DNA from: Waddliaceae bacterium
Lineage (GTDB): Bacteria > Chlamydiota > Chlamydiia > Chlamydiales > Waddliaceae
Direction of reading: 5' to 3'
Assembly: GCA_963724325.1 (NCBI GenBank)
Contig: CAVRUH010000001.1
Location: 1,047,178 to 1,111,177, forward strand
Length of the DNA stretch: 64,000 bases
Positions 1 to 9,168 of the stretch are shown in pieces. Numbering within the stretch: the stretch's first letter is position 1; each line of letters starts with the position of its first letter. Position numbers and translations under genes: made by a program. Below the pieces are notes generated by a model. The model was not told the origin of the DNA, did not search any database, and was given only the letters and a program-made list of their open reading frames with translations.

Positions 1-3000
1 ACTCAATTCAATATTTCGAGAATAAGCCAAATTGCCGATGAAAAAAATGTGACTTACATCGACAAATTAGTGAAAAAGGTTGAGAGAAATGGAGCAAGAA
101 TAATCAATAGTTTTCGAAAAGACGAAATCATCAATCAAGTTGACAGCCTAAAAATCATTGGCGATAATACTGAGGCAATCAGGGATAATCTAACCAAAGT
201 AAAAGCTCGCTACCATAATTGTAATAGCACTGTAGAAAAAGAAATATTACAGGAATTAGATAGCATTGAACATGTTCAAATGAATCCTAAACTTCGAATT
301 CCTAATGAACACCTGAGCAGGCTAGTCAGTATAGCCACAGCACCTGACAAAGAAGTAGCTATAGACGGACATTTCTTCAGGGGGGTCCTCACTGAAATGG
401 GCGGTACGATATTATTCGATTATGATCGAATGCATTCAACCTCAGATGAATTTTACAAAAAAAACTGGGAAGAAAAAATTATTGAAATTGCTGATTTTCA
501 CAACATACTCCCTTCCGAATATATTAAAGAGTTACCCGTCCCAGGTCCACTCGATCAAAATTTTAGCGGATGGTATGGCGAATTGTTAGATGTCATAGGC
601 ATGGTAGCAGATTCCAGAGAGGCACATCCAGAGTTGCCAAAAGACAAGATGGATGAATATGTTCATGAAGCCCTTACAAAATCCTTCGAGGATTTAACTC
701 AATATCCAGAAATTCTCGAAAAATTAATTTCAGGACATTATGAAAAATCGGGAATTGGAAATGAGGAAGTGGTAAAAAGAGGTCTCGTCAGCTTTCTCGA
801 TCAAAAAATAGGGGATAATAATCCCAATTTAAAAAATAATTTATTGGAAGTTTTGGATCCTAACGGCCCTCTAGGCCATTATGGTTTAGTAAAAATTATC
901 ATTCCAGCCGTTGGTAGGCTTATCGATGACTACGAAAAAAATCCAGAGACCTTGCGCCGGATGAGTACTGGTGAGTTGTTAAGCAAGATAAGCGAAAGAT
1001 GTATTTTAGTTGAGACAATGAGAAATGAAAGAATCTTGAATGACAATGAAGCCAAATGGTTTATAGAATTAAACACTGGAAGAGGCAGCGACATATCTGA
1101 ACCTTTATTTCGAAATCTTTTTTCCTTGATGTCCCAAGTGGGATTATGCAAGGAACGAGATGCAACTCGCAGGGGAGTTATCGAAATAATTTTAAGTGCC
1201 TCAGTTAAAGCAAAGAACGAGGGATTTACCGATGATACCATTTTTGGTTCTATATCCAATCTATTAATTAATCAAGAGACAGAAGAGCCCGACTGTACAA
1301 AATGGGACCTTAGCTCCGATTTTAGCAAGGAAGTGCAAAATCCTTACCTCGCCATATCAAATCAATCTAAAGAACCAGAATATTTCCAGAAGTGGAATAC
1401 ATTTTTAAAGTCAAAGGAATCACGCAGTAATGGCGGCCTCACCGAAGCCTTTTTAAATGAATTTGGTTATGGTATTCCTTGCTCTGAATACGCTTTGGGG
1501 TGGCAAGCGCGAGATGTTATAGTCAACTTATTTAAAACTGCAGACAGCTTTGCTAAAAATTATCCGCAATATGATAAGAAAGCTGTTGTGCAGGCTTTAC
1601 GGGAAAATTTCCTTTATAAGATTGAAGTCCAAGAAAAAAACGATGCAGAATCTGTTAAAAAAACATCAAATAACATAAAAGAAAGCGACTTAATCAAGCT
1701 CGTAAACCGGCATGAAATTGAGATTCTCTCTGATGAAAAAGGTATAAAAAAACTAGGAGTCCTTTTGTATGGCATGATGTTCACCGATCCAAACACTCCT
1801 CTGAATGCACATGGAAAGAAAAATTTAGATGCATTGCTAACACTGATGGAAAATTTTTCTAAAAACGAGGAATGGCCCGATGGCATTATAGAAAAAAAAA
1901 TGGCGCAGGCTTTAAGGGAACCCGCTCTTCAAAGGTCAACAAATATCAGCAAACTTAATGAATACTCCGACACACAAATAAATGCCCTAATTAGCAGCCT
2001 CAACGCCAGAATGGAAGCTGCCGATGTTTCAGTCTCTTTGACCGAAGTGAAATCAAATCTACAAAATCACCCAAACAAAGCTCTAGAAGCAATACTAAAA
2101 AATATTTCCTCTGAGTTCGAGAATCCTGAATCTGCTGAGAAGACATTAGAGACTATTTCCAAGGATATGCGCAACATAAGTGAAAACCCTGAACAGATGA
2201 AAATGGCAAAAGAGGGTATTTCTCTAATATTAAGAACAATATTACCTGAAAATATCACAGGAGTCGGTGGCTTTGCTCAATTAAAGGGCGAGGGAATTTC
2301 TATTCCAGTTTCCGAGGCAATGAATGGCCTTATAGATGCTTTTAAGGACTATGAAGGACCTAGTGCAAATCGAGAAGAATTAGACAAACTACCTTGGTCT
2401 AAACAAGTTGCAGAGATCATCGTTCCGGGCATTATCGGTGTTGTGAAAAAGGCTAGAATTGAACATTTCGAAGGAGGAGAAAAGAGCTCATTCACCGAAT
2501 TAGTAGAGAATACATTTCCAAAATTGATTAATCCAAGTCCAATTGCCCGTTTATTTATGTGGGCTGTTAAAAGTAATCCAAAGCTGATGTCCGGCATAGC
2601 AAAGCGCTTTCAAGGATTTATTGTAAGCCTCGCCGGGAAGCACCTAAAAGCAGCTGTTGAAGAATCTAAAATTGAAGCTGCGAAAACTGAAGGGGTAAGG
2701 AAAGTAAAAAAAATGCAATTCAAGGCGCAAATTCCCTCAGGGCTAGGGGTCTTGGAGCTTCTAACCGTAATACATGAACCACTAATTAAGGTAGGCATCA
2801 GAGCTTTGCCAACATTAATACAAAATCACGATCTCAGCCGACATAATGATCTAATCAAAAATATATACGATGCTGTCACAGGCCAGGACCTCGACGAGGA
2901 AAAATTACAAGCCTCCCTGTTGGAAAGTCTCATAGTCCTAGCAGAAGAGTCTAAAAAGTACGACGGTCTTATCAACAATATCGTACAAGATTTAATTAAA

Positions 3001-3009
3001 CCGGAGTAA
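1..3009 (+). CDS. Large hypothetical helical protein, 5'-truncated by the window edge (possible secreted effector)
   Basis: Frame is open from base 1 to TAA at 3007-3009, so the GTG at 49 need not be the start; >1000 codons, no recognisable motif. Confidence 0.75.
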   Translation, partial: TQFNISRISQIADEKNVTYIDKLVKKVERNGARIINSFRKDEIINQVDSLKIIGDNTEAIRDNLTKVKARYHNCNSTVEKEILQELDSIEHVQMNPKLRIPNEHLSRLVSIATAPDKEVAIDGHFFRGVLTEMGGTILFDYDRMHSTSDEFYKKNWEEKIIEIADFHNILPSEYIKELPVPGPLDQNFSGWYGELLDVIGMVADSREAHPELPKDKMDEYVHEALTKSFEDLTQYPEILEKLISGHYEKSGIGNEEVVKRGLVSFLDQKIGDNNPNLKNNLLEVLDPNGPLGHYGLVKIIIPAVGRLIDDYEKNPETLRRMSTGELLSKISERCILVETMRNERILNDNEAKWFIELNTGRGSDISEPLFRNLFSLMSQVGLCKERDATRRGVIEIILSASVKAKNEGFTDDTIFGSISNLLINQETEEPDCTKWDLSSDFSKEVQNPYLAISNQSKEPEYFQKWNTFLKSKESRSNGGLTEAFLNEFGYGIPCSEYALGWQARDVIVNLFKTADSFAKNYPQYDKKAVVQALRENFLYKIEVQEKNDAESVKKTSNNIKESDLIKLVNRHEIEILSDEKGIKKLGVLLYGMMFTDPNTPLNAHGKKNLDALLTLMENFSKNEEWPDGIIEKKMAQALREPALQRSTNISKLNEYSDTQINALISSLNARMEAADVSVSLTEVKSNLQNHPNKALEAILKNISSEFENPESAEKTLETISKDMRNISENPEQMKMAKEGISLILRTILPENITGVGGFAQLKGEGISIPVSEAMNGLIDAFKDYEGPSANREELDKLPWSKQVAEIIVPGIIGVVKKARIEHFEGGEKSSFTELVENTFPKLINPSPIARLFMWAVKSNPKLMSGIAKRFQGFIVSLAGKHLKAAVEESKIEAAKTEGVRKVKKMQFKAQIPSGLGVLELLTVIHEPLIKVGIRALPTLIQNHDLSRHNDLIKNIYDAVTGQDLDEEKLQASLLESLIVLAEESKKYDGLINNIVQDLIKPE

Positions 3010-3020
3010 CAATTCAATCC

Positions 3021-3085
3021 CATATGCACAACTTAAAAAATTTTTAACACCGAGTTCACAGATAAAACAGAGGGAGCATTGAGTT
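3021..3085. repeat. Truncated left half of MITE-like family B
   Basis: CATATGCACAACTTAAAAAA...AACACCGAGTTCACAGA matches the left parts of the copies at 26899 and 61360. Confidence 0.7.
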
Positions 3086-3088
3086 TAA

Positions 3089-4105
3089 TCATTGCTCCGG
3101 CATGCACCAAATATATAGCAGAGCATCACGGTAAAGTGCCGCTTTGATGGGGTCATGGGTCATGTTTCTTATATATTCCCTCAATTCTTTTTCATAAGCC
3201 GCAACGGTTTTTTTATCGTAAAGGTCCCACCTTCTTACTACCAAGTGTGAATAAGGGTTTAATGTGTACTTGTTATCCAATAGAAGTCTGAGCTGAGGCG
3301 CGATATCAGAGCGTTTGGAGATATACGATTTAGTCATAACATGTTGATAATGATACGATATTGGGGACTTGCCATAAAGATGCCCACCCCTTTTTGCCGG
3401 ATAACAATGCTCGTCAGCAAAATTGTATGCCTCCTGATTCAAATCACTCAGGTGCGAATTTTCAGAAATCTGAAGCAGAATACCACCTTCTTCATCTAAC
3501 CATTTTTTTCCAATGAGGAATAATCCATGGAGATATTTATGATTAATCCCAAGTTTATTGAAAAAAGGTTTTAAATTCTTGGCGTAATCAATTTTTGTTC
3601 GCGACTTGTCCTTGACAAACAGGCCGATTGAAGAGGATCCAGTGCTGTCAAAATTTGAATATATTCCAAAGTTCAAAGAAAGCAACTGTTTAGCTCTCAC
3701 GTCATTTTTATTGTCAATGTGTTCACCCCAATAATAGAGAAACTCTTTAAATGTTTGGACGTTAAGGTCTTTATCCCCAGGGACTCTTAGAAAATGAAAA
3801 TCATCTCTAATCGGAATGTTCACAATTTCCTCAAGTGTAATACGGATGATATCCTGATATATACGATATCCCTGATTAGCTCCATGATATCCTATATGTC
3901 CCCAATCTTCATTTTCGGCAATTTTATTAAAAAAAGGAATGAGCTCTAAGGGCACCTTCAACTTTTTTATTTTTTCAGAAATCCTCTTCATACCCTCGCG
4001 CTTAATTTCGCACTTAGTCGGTCCACGATAATTACTGTGCATCGGAATTCCAGCCGAAAGTACAGAACTGATTAACAACAATGTGTATAAGAGATATTTT
4101 TTCAT
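3089..4105 (-). CDS. Hypothetical secreted protein
   Basis: 338-aa ORF with Sec signal (MKKYLLYTLLLISSVLSA); contains an IGYHG motif. Confidence 0.75.
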   Translation of the reverse strand: MKKYLLYTLLLISSVLSAGIPMHSNYRGPTKCEIKREGMKRISEKIKKLKVPLELIPFFNKIAENEDWGHIGYHGANQGYRIYQDIIRITLEEIVNIPIRDDFHFLRVPGDKDLNVQTFKEFLYYWGEHIDNKNDVRAKQLLSLNFGIYSNFDSTGSSSIGLFVKDKSRTKIDYAKNLKPFFNKLGINHKYLHGLFLIGKKWLDEEGGILLQISENSHLSDLNQEAYNFADEHCYPAKRGGHLYGKSPISYHYQHVMTKSYISKRSDIAPQLRLLLDNKYTLNPYSHLVVRRWDLYDKKTVAAYEKELREYIRNMTHDPIKAALYRDALLYIWCMPEQ

Positions 4106-4248
4106 AATGACATCATAAAGATGCGAAGCATAAAAATCAATGTTTTTGCTCTGGAAAAATTAAATCCAAACCTTTAAACTGATCTTGTGAAAAAAATAAT
4201 TGTTGAAAAGGCAAAAGAATGGTAAAACTGGGAAAGTCCTAAAACCAA

Positions 4249-6105
4249 GTGAGACAGAACATTAAACTAGAACAAGAAACAGTCAAGACTGAAGGTGTAA
4301 GCGGAGCCAAAACGCTGGGAGATTACACACTTATCAAACAAATTGGCCATGGTGCCCTTGGAGCGGTATTTCTTGCAGAACACCGTTTTATGAAAAAACA
4401 CTTCGCCATCAAAGTCCTACCCCCAGATTTGAGCACCGATAGAACCTTTATTCAACGTTTTGAAGAAGAAGTAAGTCTTCTAGCTACTCTCGATCATCCC
4501 AATATCGTAAAAATCCATAACATTTCTTACGCAGATGGACAGTATTTTCTTGTCACAGAATGTATTGTGGATGGAGATGGAGAAACCACAAATCTTGCAC
4601 AATATATGCTCAGTCGAGGCGATTCCCTCCGCGAAGAAGAACTCTTTAATCTGCTCAGCCAAATCGCACAGGCGCTCGATTATGCGCACCATCTCAAAGG
4701 TAATGGCAAAGGAATTGTCCACCGCGGAATCAAACTAAATAACGTCCTGGTGAGCAAAGGTCAAAACGGGGTCAATTTACTTCTGTCTGATTTCGGCCTT
4801 TCTCGAATTATGGGCTCAGGTACCTTTTTAACAAGAACCTTCAAGGCAGTTTCTGAAGCACTAGGAGTCTCCAAAGGATCAGCTGAAATCGAAAAGTTAA
4901 CTCCACTCCATACCTCATTTTTACAAGGCTTTAACTTCCTAGCTCCTGAACAAAAAAGAATTGGTGCGACAGAAAAAGTTGATATGAAAGCTGACGTCTA
5001 TGCTTTCGGCATCCTCGCCTATTATATGATCATGGGATACCTTCCTGAAGGGTATTTTGAAATGCCTTCCGATAAGCATCTCATGGAATGGGATTGGGAT
5101 CTCCTCATCAAAAAGTGCCTCAGCCGCGACCCTGAAAACCGTCCCGAGTTCTTAATGCAGACTCTAGATTTAATTAAAACCATTCCTGAGGGCAGCGTGA
5201 TAAATCCCTTAGCCGAAGAACTCCTGCAGCAAACAACAAATGAAGTTAAATCACTCAAACCAATTATCCAACGCGAATCAATTGAACGACCAAGGGTGGA
5301 TCCCGATCCTGCTTCGATTTTCCAAATTGATACCGCAGTCAAACATTACATCCCAGAAGAAAAGATCGTCAAACATGTAGAACCCATCCAAACAGATATG
5401 GTGGTTATTAAGGGTGGAACTTTTTGGAGAGGCAGCGATGATGGCAGCAGAGATGAGCAGCCTGGTCATAAAATTACCATTTCAAGTTTTGCAATCGACA
5501 TCCATCCCGTCACCAATGAGCAGTTCGTTAGGTTCCTCGAGGTTATGGGAGCAGTAAAAGACAGCAATCATAATGACATCATTCGACTCAGAGATTCCAG
5601 AATCTTCAGCAGTGCAGGAAAATTTAGTATCGAATCAGGATATTTAAAACATCCTGTTGTAGGGGTAACCTGGTATGGCGCCGTAGCCTATGCCCGTTGG
5701 GTAGGAAAACGTCTTCCAACAGAAGCTGAATGGGAAATTGCTGCCCGTGGAGGCATCGAGAATGCCCTCTATCCTACTGGCGAGGACATCGAAAAGCCGC
5801 AAGCCAATTTCTTTAGTTCAGATACTCTAGCCGTGATGAGCTATGCTCCAAACGGTTATGCCCTTTTTGACATGGCAGGAAACGTTTATGAATGGTGTCA
5901 AGATTGGTATGGATATAACTACTATGAAACTTCAGTGCAAGAACCCATTAATCCAAAAGGGCCTCGACAAGGGGAATACCGTGTCCTTCGAGGAGGCTGT
6001 TGGAAGAGCTTAAAGGATGATTTGCGTTGCTCAAGAAGGCACCGAAATAATCCTGGAACAGTAAACAGTACCTACGGTTTCCGCTGCTGCACCGATGTCG
6101 AATAA
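4249..6105 (+). CDS. pkn1: Pkn1-like Ser/Thr kinase domain fused to a C-terminal FGE-sulfatase (SUMF1-like) domain
   Basis: GHGALGAV, FAIK, DFG and APE motifs; C-terminal [35 protein letters not shown]; start codon uncertain. Confidence 0.85.
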   Translation: MRQNIKLEQETVKTEGVSGAKTLGDYTLIKQIGHGALGAVFLAEHRFMKKHFAIKVLPPDLSTDRTFIQRFEEEVSLLATLDHPNIVKIHNISYADGQYFLVTECIVDGDGETTNLAQYMLSRGDSLREEELFNLLSQIAQALDYAHHLKGNGKGIVHRGIKLNNVLVSKGQNGVNLLLSDFGLSRIMGSGTFLTRTFKAVSEALGVSKGSAEIEKLTPLHTSFLQGFNFLAPEQKRIGATEKVDMKADVYAFGILAYYMIMGYLPEGYFEMPSDKHLMEWDWDLLIKKCLSRDPENRPEFLMQTLDLIKTIPEGSVINPLAEELLQQTTNEVKSLKPIIQRESIERPRVDPDPASIFQIDTAVKHYIPEEKIVKHVEPIQTDMVVIKGGTFWRGSDDGSRDEQPGHKITISSFAIDIHPVTNEQFVRFLEVMGAVKDSNHNDIIRLRDSRIFSSAGKFSIESGYLKHPVVGVTWYGAVAYARWVGKRLPTEAEWEIAARGGIENALYPTGEDIEKPQANFFSSDTLAVMSYAPNGYALFDMAGNVYEWCQDWYGYNYYETSVQEPINPKGPRQGEYRVLRGGCWKSLKDDLRCSRRHRNNPGTVNSTYGFRCCTDVE

Positions 6106-6592
6106 ATCTCATTCAATACTTTTTGTGTGTTTAGCCAATATATGCCGTTCTCCAGCCGCTCAAGGCACGTTGCTCCATCTTGCCAAAGGAACGGAACTTG
6201 AAGAATTGATTTATGTTGAGAGCTGTGGATTAGGAGATTGGCATCAGGGTAAACTTCCAGATCAAAGAATGCGAGAAGCTGCTATGCAAAGAGGAATTGC
6301 CCTTGCAAGCAGAGCACAAGGGATCCAACCCGATTTCTTTTATCGCTTTGATTATATATTAGCCGCTGACCATTCTGTCCTAAATCAGTTGTATGATTTA
6401 GCGAGTTCACCTGAACACAAGGCAAAAATCCATCTGATCACAAAGTTTAGTCGCTCCTTCCCCAATGAGGAGATCCCCGACCCCTACTACGAAGGGCAGA
6501 TGTCCTTTGACCTTGTTCTGGATATGCTCGAAGATTCCTGCAAAGGCCTCCTCGAGGAACTCAACAAAGAACAAAAAAATGAACAAAACTAA
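6095..6592 (+). CDS. Low-molecular-weight protein tyrosine phosphatase
   Basis: CLANICRS P-loop and DPYY motif; overlaps the kinase stop codon. Confidence 0.92.
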   Translation: MSNKSHSILFVCLANICRSPAAQGTLLHLAKGTELEELIYVESCGLGDWHQGKLPDQRMREAAMQRGIALASRAQGIQPDFFYRFDYILAADHSVLNQLYDLASSPEHKAKIHLITKFSRSFPNEEIPDPYYEGQMSFDLVLDMLEDSCKGLLEELNKEQKNEQN

Positions 6593-6813
6593 CAATTCAC
6601 AAAACTATAAAAACACGAGCTCGAATCGCATTTCAAAAAACTTTTTACAATCCCATTTTTTCTTATCCTGCTTATCCTGCCGCCTGCGATCATGCATATC
6701 CTGTTCTTTTAAGGGATAACAGGATATGCATGATCGCAGGCGGCAGGATAAGCAAGATAAGAAAAATTTTAAATGCGATTCGAGCCCGCGTTTTTATAGT
6801 TTTGTGAATTGTT
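6591..6813. repeat. Nested ~220-bp palindrome containing REP-like family A, between convergent genes
   Basis: Outer arms AACAATTCACAAAACTATAAAAAC...GAATCGCATTT and its reverse complement; inner arms ATCCTGCCGCCTGCGATCATGCATATCCTGTT and AACAGGATATGCATGATCGCAGGCGGCAGGAT. Confidence 0.9.
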
Positions 6814-7375
6814 ATTTAGTATGCGCTTCTGATGCGATTTTGCAGAATGTGGCAGCTGCGATAACTTTTACAATCTCACCAGGGATGAATGGGAAAAAGC
6901 CCATAATAGGTGCGTTTTTTGTGCCTACAAAAGTGGCTAACCAAAGTGTTCCCAATCCGAGCTGAATTAAACTCACGGCAAATAGTGAAGGAAGAAGCAT
7001 CATAGATGAAAGCTGACCTCTTTTTTCAAAAATCCAACCTGCAAGGTAAGCTTGTATAGCCATTCCAAATAGATAGCCCGCACGTGGGCCTATTAAAGCC
7101 AGTGAGTCAGACATTCCGCCTGCACAAAAAGGGAGTCCGGCGCTGATTTGCGCTAGGTATGCGATAGCTGCCATGGCTCCCTTGCGGGGACCCAGCATGC
7201 CGCCGATAATCATGATAGAAAGCGTCTGTAAAGAAAGGGGGACAGGAGTAAACCAAAGGGGAATTTTAATTTGAGCGCAAAGGGCAATAAAAAGAGAACT
7301 GCCAATTACCTGGATCACATTCCATGTATAGCGCTCGTTTTCTTGGGTATGACTTAGCAAAAGACTGTTATTCAT
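6812..7375 (-). CDS. bioY: Biotin transporter BioY
   Basis: AQIKIPLWFTPVPLSLQT, GLPFCAGG, GPRAGYL, PFIPGEIVK motifs; hydrophobic. Confidence 0.92.
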   Translation of the reverse strand: MNNSLLLSHTQENERYTWNVIQVIGSSLFIALCAQIKIPLWFTPVPLSLQTLSIMIIGGMLGPRKGAMAAIAYLAQISAGLPFCAGGMSDSLALIGPRAGYLFGMAIQAYLAGWIFEKRGQLSSMMLLPSLFAVSLIQLGLGTLWLATFVGTKNAPIMGFFPFIPGEIVKVIAAATFCKIASEAHTK

Positions 7376-7426
7376 AGGGAAACTCCATCAAAAGTTACAC
7401 CATTATAGTCAAACTTTAAATGGTTG

Positions 7427-7762
7427 TCAATCGGGTTTTACCATCAATTCGTAGGACCAGTAGGATTCCTTTCTGAGGTCTTCTTGTGTAACAGTTCCGA
7501 TGCTTCCTTTTTGATCAGGTTCAACAATGATTGTGAACTTGATTAGGTTGTCAAGGGTGTTGTAAGCATCGGTCAACTTGATGCTGAAGCGTATAGGGAA
7601 GTCATTTTGATTATGGATGAAGTACTCCTCACCATAGTTGTGGCCTTTTGTATTGACCATTTCTTCGAGTAGGAGGTCGATGTTGTTGTTAGATTCAATC
7701 ACTTTCATCTCTGCAAACAGAGAGGTTGAAACGCATGTAAATAACAGTAAAAATTTCTTCAT
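7427..7762 (-). CDS. Small secreted hypothetical protein
   Basis: 111 aa with signal peptide MKKFLLLFTCVSTSLFA. Confidence 0.7.
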   Translation of the reverse strand: MKKFLLLFTCVSTSLFAEMKVIESNNNIDLLLEEMVNTKGHNYGEEYFIHNQNDFPIRFSIKLTDAYNTLDNLIKFTIIVEPDQKGSIGTVTQEDLRKESYWSYELMVKPD

Positions 7763-7831
7763 AAATATACCCCTGTATAATCTCTAACTTTTATCAAATA
7801 TCCTTTTATTGTACAAGTGATTTCTTATCAC

Positions 7832-9043
7832 CTACACTAATTGTGAAAGAAAAGTTCTCGCGGGAACTATAATGGGAACATTAGAACTAAAGCAGTCTTT
7901 ATTGACATAAGGCATATCTATTACAACCTGAAAAGCATGGGGGACTTTTAATTGCTCCTGAAAATAATAAAGAGAAGGGGAAATTCCCTTGTTGTCAGAG
8001 TACTTGGCCTCAACTAAAAACCATGGTTGACGATTTTTAGTCACGATAAAATCGACCTCCCGCTTGTTCTTGTCCCTTAAATAGTGCAATTCATATGTTC
8101 CAAATCCTATATCTGTCCAATAATGCACAGCCTTGAGCAAATGTGAAGCAATAAAATTTTCAGCTCTTTTTCCATTTTCACGGCATAACGACCAATCCCA
8201 AAGATAGTATTTGGGTTCTTTTATGAGTGAACGCGAAACATTTTTTGACCAAGGAGATAACTCATAAGTGAAGTAAAGTGCTTTCAATATTTTTAACCAA
8301 CTTCGCACCGTTTTATCTGAACATTGCAGTTCATTGGCCAATGAGCTAAATGAAACGTGTTGACCAGCTCTTTCAACCATCATCTCTGCCAAAACCTCTA
8401 TTTGACCAATCTCTTGAATCCGTGAAAGATCTCTAATGTCTTCGTTAAACAGTTGTTGAAAACGTAGCCTATTCCAACGATTGAAAAATTTTAAGTTTCC
8501 TTTAAGATAGGGATCTGGAAAACCACCAAATTTCCACAGCCGAGAGAAACTATCCTCATCAAGATGTTTTGGAGATTTTCTAATTTCGTCATCAGGTAGA
8601 TTTTGATGAAGGAGTTCGGCGATTGATAATGGATGAAAGCGAAAATAAAAATATCTTCCCATGAGGCTATCTCCGCCCTTTTTGTAAACATCGAGCCTCG
8701 CGCTTCCTGTAACTAGGATATGTGCTTGACTAGGATAACTATCATACAATCCTTTCAGGAGAATTTTCCAATTTTTATACTTATGGATTTCATCGAGAAT
8801 AATAACAGGAACTTCTTCAGCAAGGGAATTTAAAGATGCGAATTCAGCGATTCTAGATGCACCTCCCAAAATGAGATGACGGTGATCGGAATTATCCCAA
8901 CTTAGATAGTAGACTTTTTGCCACATTTTATCTAAGGAAAGACTGGTCGTAGTTTTTCCTACTTGTCTTGGTCCCATTAAGAAAATCATCTGGCGATTAT
9001 TCTTAAAATTTTCTGTGATGACATCAAGGTAGAATCTTTTCAT
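7832..9043 (-). CDS. AAA_14 ATPase with C-terminal DUF4143 (COG1373-like, PD-(D/E)XK-like tail)
   Basis: GPRQVGKTT Walker A, LDEIH Walker B, VTGSA, GGFP, EVDF...VEAK. Confidence 0.9.
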   Translation of the reverse strand: MKRFYLDVITENFKNNRQMIFLMGPRQVGKTTTSLSLDKMWQKVYYLSWDNSDHRHLILGGASRIAEFASLNSLAEEVPVIILDEIHKYKNWKILLKGLYDSYPSQAHILVTGSARLDVYKKGGDSLMGRYFYFRFHPLSIAELLHQNLPDDEIRKSPKHLDEDSFSRLWKFGGFPDPYLKGNLKFFNRWNRLRFQQLFNEDIRDLSRIQEIGQIEVLAEMMVERAGQHVSFSSLANELQCSDKTVRSWLKILKALYFTYELSPWSKNVSRSLIKEPKYYLWDWSLCRENGKRAENFIASHLLKAVHYWTDIGFGTYELHYLRDKNKREVDFIVTKNRQPWFLVEAKYSDNKGISPSLYYFQEQLKVPHAFQVVIDMPYVNKDCFSSNVPIIVPARTFLSQLV

Positions 9044-9077
9044 AACCTAATATTACGAAAATATACCAATTTATTCA

Positions 9078-9143
9078 ATGACTTTTTCGGAGTCTTATCC
9101 GAAAAAGTCATAACTTTTTCGGAGTCTTATCCGAAAAAGTCAT
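9078..9143. repeat. Two tandem copies (32-bp period) of palindrome ACTTTTTCGGA-GTCTTA-TCCGAAAAAGT
   Basis: Copies start at 9081 and 9113, between the 9169 gene stop and the ATPase start. Confidence 0.9.
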
Positions 9144-9168
9144 GCATTAGCTTGTTGCTTGGATGAAA

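Noticed and set aside
9078..9143. Mini-CRISPR
   Set aside because: Two palindromes directly adjacent with no spacer
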